Assembly (NCBI GenBank): GCA_964464905.1
Contig: CAYXHC010000002.1
Span: 1 to 59,377, forward strand
Direction: 5' to 3'
DNA from: an uncultured Lachnospiraceae bacterium
Lineage (GTDB): Bacteria > Bacillota > Clostridia > Oscillospirales > CAG-272
Length of the DNA stretch: 59,377 nucleotides
In this document: positions 55,120-59,377 of the stretch, one piece after another
How the letters are laid out: each line of letters starts with the position of its first letter
Position numbering within the stretch: the first letter of the stretch is position 1
Translations under genes and position numbers: made by a program
Notes under the pieces: model-generated
What the model was told of the DNA's origin: nothing
Databases searched by the model: none
The model's input: only the letters and a program-made list of their open reading frames with translations

Positions 55120-55322
55120 AACCTGCTTGACTTTGATAAAGCTACGATGTAAACTAAATCTGACGGTTTAACGTAACTTATGATGAAAAATATAAGCGTG
55201 AAAGCTTTGTCACGCTATATGTAAGCGTATTTGTTTCAAGCCTGAGATCCTCCTGCGGAGACTTCGCGCTGAGGATTTCGATATGTGAATAGTGCCGCCA
55301 CGGCGGCGGTAAGGAGATCATT

Positions 55323-57314
55323 ATGAACGCAAAACGAGTTTTCACACCCACGGAGCTTCATTATCTCGAGCTTTTGGCAAAGCAATATCCAACGGTCGAA
55401 GCGGCAAGCACGGAGGTCATTAATCTTCAGGCTATCCTTAACCTGCCAAAGGGAACGGAACACTTTATTTCTGATATACACGGGGAATACGAGGCATTCT
55501 TTCATATACTTAATTCCTGCTCCGGAGAGGTGAAGGAAAAACTCGATGAGCTTTTCGGAAATACACTCACGCGCCGGGAACGCGACGAGCTTGCAGCACT
55601 GATCTATTATCCTGCGGAAAAGATGGCGCTTATAACGGATACCGATGAGGACGTTGAGGAGTGGTATCGCATAACGCTGCACAGACTCGTGGCGTTGTGC
55701 CGCTTCGTGTCGGTGAAATATACGAGAAATAAGGTCAGATCCGTGATGCCGGATGGATATGAGTATATCATAGATGAACTTTTGCATGTACGCGAGGGAG
55801 AACTGGATCAGCGCGACTATTACGAAAACATTATCGATACGATAATAAATATCGGTCTCGCAGGAGGTGTCATAGAAGCGATCTGCACCTCTGTCAAGAA
55901 GCTTACCGTTGATCATATGCACATTGTCGGTGATATTTTTGACCGCGGTCCCCGCGCTGATATCGTTATGGATTCACTTATCACGGTTGATAACGTTGAT
56001 GTTCAGTGGGGTAATCACGACGTGCTGTGGATGGGCGCAGCATCTGGCTCACGCACGTTGGTCGCTACCGTTCTCTCAAACTCTATCCATTATAATAATC
56101 TTGACGTTATTGAGACGGGATACGGTATATCTCTCCGCCCGCTGTCCATCTTTGCCAATGAGGTGTACGGCGATTGCGACGTGAGCTGCTTCAATGTAAA
56201 GCTGACGGGATCGGATGATAAACAGTACACCGAGAAGGATAAGCTTTTGTCTGCCCGTATGTATAAAGCAATAACAGTGATCCTTTTCAAGCTTGAAGGG
56301 CAAAAGATCATTCGCCGTCCGGAATTCGGGATGAATGACAGGCTGCTTTTGGATAAGATCGACTATGAGAGAAAGACCGTCACCGTTGACGGTACGGTAT
56401 ATCCTATGAAGGATTGCGATTTTCCCACGGTGGACCCAAATGATCCCTATAAGCTCACAGACGAGGAACTGAACGTGATAACTCAGCTCACTGAATCCTT
56501 CCGCCACAGCGAAAAGCTCCAGCGCCACGTCCGTTTCCTCTATTCCAAAGGCGGACTTTATAAAATACATAACGGAAATCTTCTTTTCCATGGTTGTATC
56601 CCCATGACGGAGGATAAGGAATTCCTCCGGTTCAGCATCGGCGGCGTAATGCGCGAGGGCAGGGAATTTCTTGATTATGCTGAAAAAACGGCGCGTAAAG
56701 CTTATTACGATAAGCGCGGTACGCCGGAACGTCAGTTTGGACTTGATTTTCTTTGGTGGCTTTGGGCGGGGCGAAACAGTCCCATCTTTGGCAGAGATAA
56801 AATGACCACCTTTGAGCGCCGCTTTATTGCGGATGAATCCAGCTGGACGGAGAAGAAAAACGCATATTATACCCATTATAACGACGTTTCTGTCTGCGAA
56901 AAGATACTTGCTGAATTTGGACTGGTGGGAGACCATTGCCATATAATTAACGGACACGTTCCGGTGAAAACGAAAAAAGGTGAAAATCCCGTAAAGGCAG
57001 ACGGTAAACTCATCGTTATCGACGGAGGCTTCTGCAAAGCATATCAACCCACCTCAGGGATCGCCGGATATACCCTCATTTATAACTCCCATAATTATCG
57101 TATAGTTTCACATCAGCCATTCGAAGGGCGCAGAAAAGCAATACTTGAAAATTATGATATAGCAAACGAGTCCGTTATCTTTGAACGGATGGAGTCACAG
57201 GTGAAATTAGCGGAGACAGATCTGGGCAATAAGCTTAAAACAAGGGTTGCAGATCTGCGTATGCTTCTTGATGCATACCGTAGCGGCGCTGTCACCGAGA
57301 ATCATAAATCCTAA
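55323..57314 (+). CDS. fbp: Fructose-1,6-bisphosphatase class 3
   Basis: 663 aa with YLELLAKQYPT...LNLPKGTEHFISDIHGEYEAF, diagnostic of class 3 FBPase. Confidence 0.93.
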   Translation: MNAKRVFTPTELHYLELLAKQYPTVEAASTEVINLQAILNLPKGTEHFISDIHGEYEAFFHILNSCSGEVKEKLDELFGNTLTRRERDELAALIYYPAEKMALITDTDEDVEEWYRITLHRLVALCRFVSVKYTRNKVRSVMPDGYEYIIDELLHVREGELDQRDYYENIIDTIINIGLAGGVIEAICTSVKKLTVDHMHIVGDIFDRGPRADIVMDSLITVDNVDVQWGNHDVLWMGAASGSRTLVATVLSNSIHYNNLDVIETGYGISLRPLSIFANEVYGDCDVSCFNVKLTGSDDKQYTEKDKLLSARMYKAITVILFKLEGQKIIRRPEFGMNDRLLLDKIDYERKTVTVDGTVYPMKDCDFPTVDPNDPYKLTDEELNVITQLTESFRHSEKLQRHVRFLYSKGGLYKIHNGNLLFHGCIPMTEDKEFLRFSIGGVMREGREFLDYAEKTARKAYYDKRGTPERQFGLDFLWWLWAGRNSPIFGRDKMTTFERRFIADESSWTEKKNAYYTHYNDVSVCEKILAEFGLVGDHCHIINGHVPVKTKKGENPVKADGKLIVIDGGFCKAYQPTSGIAGYTLIYNSHNYRIVSHQPFEGRRKAILENYDIANESVIFERMESQVKLAETDLGNKLKTRVADLRMLLDAYRSGAVTENHKS

Positions 57315-57349
57315 AAAAACACACGCCCCTGCGTGTGTTTTTTTGTTTT
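57314..57349 (+). terminator. Terminator after fbp
   Basis: AAAAAAACACACGC(4-nt loop)GCGTGTGTTTTTTT. Confidence 0.85.
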
Positions 57350-57461
57350 ATCGATAATTAACTGTTGAAATTTTTGAATTATTGTTATATCATATGTTTG
57401 ATGGAGGTTGCAAAAGCAACGGCCGTAAAACGTGTTTTGCAAACGAAAGGAGAGTGAGACC

Positions 57462-58862
57462 TTGCCAGAATTTTTATCGAAGGATTTTCTTTTAACGAAC
57501 GAGACCGCAAAAAAACTATATCACGAATATGCTGCTTCTATGCCGATTATCGACTATCATTGTCATATCGACCCGCAGGAGATATACGAGAACCGTTGTT
57601 TTGAAAACATAACGGAGCTCTGGCTTGGCGGCGACCACTATAAATGGCGTATGATGCGCTCAAACGGCGTGCCCGAGGAGTATATCACGGGCACCGCTCC
57701 CGCCCGCGAAAAATTTCAAAAGTTCGCCGAAGCGCTCCCGCGTGCCATTGGTAACCCGATGTACCATTGGTGCCATCTCGAGCTGAAGAATTATTTCGGC
57801 TACGAGGGCGTACTCAACGGCGACACCGCCGAGGCGGTGTGGCAGCTTACAGGAGAAAAACTTAAAAACGATAAAAATCTTACGGCACGCGGACTCGTCC
57901 TTGGCAGTAATGTGATGATGATCGGTACAACCGACGACCCCTGCTCCGATCTGCGTTGGCATAAAGCTCTACGTGATGAAGGCTTTGGCGTGAAGGTGTG
58001 TCCCAGCTTCCGCCCCGACCCTGCGGTGAATATTCACAAAAAAGGCTTCTCCGAATATATCGCCAAGCTTTCCGATACCGTGGGCAAAAAGATCACAACG
58101 GTAAAAGATGTAAGGGCTGCACTCAGCGCCCGTATCGCATATTTCGACGAAAACGGATGCCGTGCCTCCGATCACGGACTCGATTACGTTATGTACCGCA
58201 CTGCCTCAGACGACGAGATAAACGCGATCCTCGGAAAGGCTCTCACCGGAGAAAGCATATCGGCGGAGGATGCTGAAAAGTACCAGACGGCAATACTGCT
58301 TCACTGTGGCAGAGAATATGCAAGACTCGGATGGGCAATGCAGATTCATTTCTCCGCGATGCGCAATCCAAACAGCCGCCGCCTTGAAATTCTGGGGCCC
58401 GACACGGGCTTTGACTGTATAGCCGTCACCGATAGTTGTTCGGCTCTTTACAGTCTCGTTGACGCCCTTGAACGGGAAGGGAACCTTCCGAAAACTATCC
58501 TTTACAGCCTGAATCCTGCCGATAACCAGTGGCTCGATACCTTGATCGGTGCATTTCAGTCTGACGAGCTTCCCGGAAAAATGCAGCACGGAAGTGCCTG
58601 GTGGTTCAACGACACCAAAACCGGTATGATCGAACAGCTCACGAGTCTTGCAAATCTCGGCATACTCGGCAACTTTATCGGTATGCTCACCGATAGCCGC
58701 AGCTTATTAAGCTACGCACGTCACGAGTATTTCAGACGCATCATCTCGAACCTTTTCGGTACTTGGATCGAAAACGGCGAATATCCGAATGACATAGAAT
58801 TCGTTGGTAGTCTCGTTCGCGATATTTCCGCCAATAACGCAAAAAGATACTTCAGACTTTAA
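57462..58862 (+). CDS. uxaC: Glucuronate isomerase
   Basis: The conserved N-terminus FLSKDFLLTNETAKKLYHEYA...IDYHCH begins at the TTG at 57462, which follows AAAGGAGAG. The ORF-track GTG is at 57432. Confidence 0.9.
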   Translation: MPEFLSKDFLLTNETAKKLYHEYAASMPIIDYHCHIDPQEIYENRCFENITELWLGGDHYKWRMMRSNGVPEEYITGTAPAREKFQKFAEALPRAIGNPMYHWCHLELKNYFGYEGVLNGDTAEAVWQLTGEKLKNDKNLTARGLVLGSNVMMIGTTDDPCSDLRWHKALRDEGFGVKVCPSFRPDPAVNIHKKGFSEYIAKLSDTVGKKITTVKDVRAALSARIAYFDENGCRASDHGLDYVMYRTASDDEINAILGKALTGESISAEDAEKYQTAILLHCGREYARLGWAMQIHFSAMRNPNSRRLEILGPDTGFDCIAVTDSCSALYSLVDALEREGNLPKTILYSLNPADNQWLDTLIGAFQSDELPGKMQHGSAWWFNDTKTGMIEQLTSLANLGILGNFIGMLTDSRSLLSYARHEYFRRIISNLFGTWIENGEYPNDIEFVGSLVRDISANNAKRYFRL

Positions 58863-58886
58863 TAAAATGAAAAGGATAATCACAAA

Positions 58887-59377
58887 ATGAAAATGACGTT
58901 TCGGTGGTACGGAGAGGGAAACGATAATATCAAGCTCTCCGATATCAAGCAGATCCCCGGTGTCGAAGGAATCGTGTGGGCGCTTCATCATAAAATGCCC
59001 GGAGAAATATGGGAGATCGATGAGATCGCAGAGGTCAAGCGTCAGCTCGACGAATACGGCTTCAATATGGATGTCGTCGAATCGGTAAATGTTCACGACG
59101 ATATCAAGATCGGACTTCCCACAAGAGACCTCTATATCGAGAATTATAAGCAGTGCATCCGCAACCTTTCAAAGTTTGGCGTAAAGGTTATCTGCTATAA
59201 CTTTATGCCCATCTTCGACTGGACGCGAAGCGACCTTTTCCATCCCGTCGGCGACGGATCAACGGCTCTCTTCTATCAGAAGGATATGATCCAGGACGAC
59301 TATAACGCGATGGCGAAGTACATTCTCGATTTCACCGAGAAGTATAATATGTCGTTCCCCGGCTGGGAGCCTGAGCG
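58887..59377 (+). CDS. uxuA: Mannonate dehydratase, N-terminal part (runs off the window)
   Basis: The ATG at 58887 gives MKMTFRWYGEGNDNIKLSDIKQIPGVEGIVWALH..., a typical UxuA N-terminus. The frame stays open to the end of the window. Confidence 0.85.
   Translation, partial: MKMTFRWYGEGNDNIKLSDIKQIPGVEGIVWALHHKMPGEIWEIDEIAEVKRQLDEYGFNMDVVESVNVHDDIKIGLPTRDLYIENYKQCIRNLSKFGVKVICYNFMPIFDWTRSDLFHPVGDGSTALFYQKDMIQDDYNAMAKYILDFTEKYNMSFPGWEPE

Noticed and set aside
56076-57047. 323-aa minus-strand ORF (plus 55236-55922, 228 aa) inside fbp.
   Set aside because: Both are antisense to the unmistakable class-3 FBPase reading frame. They are shadow ORFs.

Overview
This 59.4-kb window looks like chromosome from a Firmicutes/Clostridia-type bacterium. 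That assignment is an inference from several features: a T-box leader, a yybP-ykoY leader, GAAC-N4-GTTC SOS boxes, a class-3 FBPase and PBSX-type phage proteins. Most of the window is ordinary, tightly packed housekeeping. In order it contains: a T-box-controlled branched-chain amino-acid operon on the minus strand (ilvA-leuA-leuC-leuD-leuB-ilvB-ilvN-ilvC', 1-8425); a BMP-family (nucleoside-type) ABC importer (8783-13792, minus); a small membrane protein plus a minimal M50 site-2 protease; potABCD; an XRE-type regulator; a Fur-family regulator with a znuACB-like operon behind perfect 7-1-7 Fur-type boxes; comEC; an Fe-S aldo/keto reductase; an ACT/UPF0210 gene pair; a second XRE paralogue; nfo; an MBL-fold hydrolase; metF with a split metH; an orphan ACP; a small sigma / anti-sigma-like / secreted-protein module; a Mn2+ riboswitch with mntP; a CapD-like dehydratase; fbp; and uxaC-uxuA'. 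The stand-out is a compact minus-strand block of about 11 kb (31239-42270). It encodes small and large terminase, portal, scaffold, major capsid, two neck proteins, a contractile sheath and an XkdP/Q/R/S/T/U-like baseplate. I could not recognise an integrase, repressor, replication genes, lysis genes, tail tube, tape measure or tail fibre in it. It is fronted by a canonical extended -10 promoter bracketed by LexA-type boxes, with a terminator-like hairpin in the leader. I read it as either a domesticated PBSX/GTA-like particle module or a trimmed prophage relic. Secondary curiosities are a T-box leader with a duplicated sensing module, a thrice-repeated near-palindromic 12-mer around the sigma module, and several structured leaders and intergenic regions. 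No rRNA, tRNA or CRISPR array was seen.
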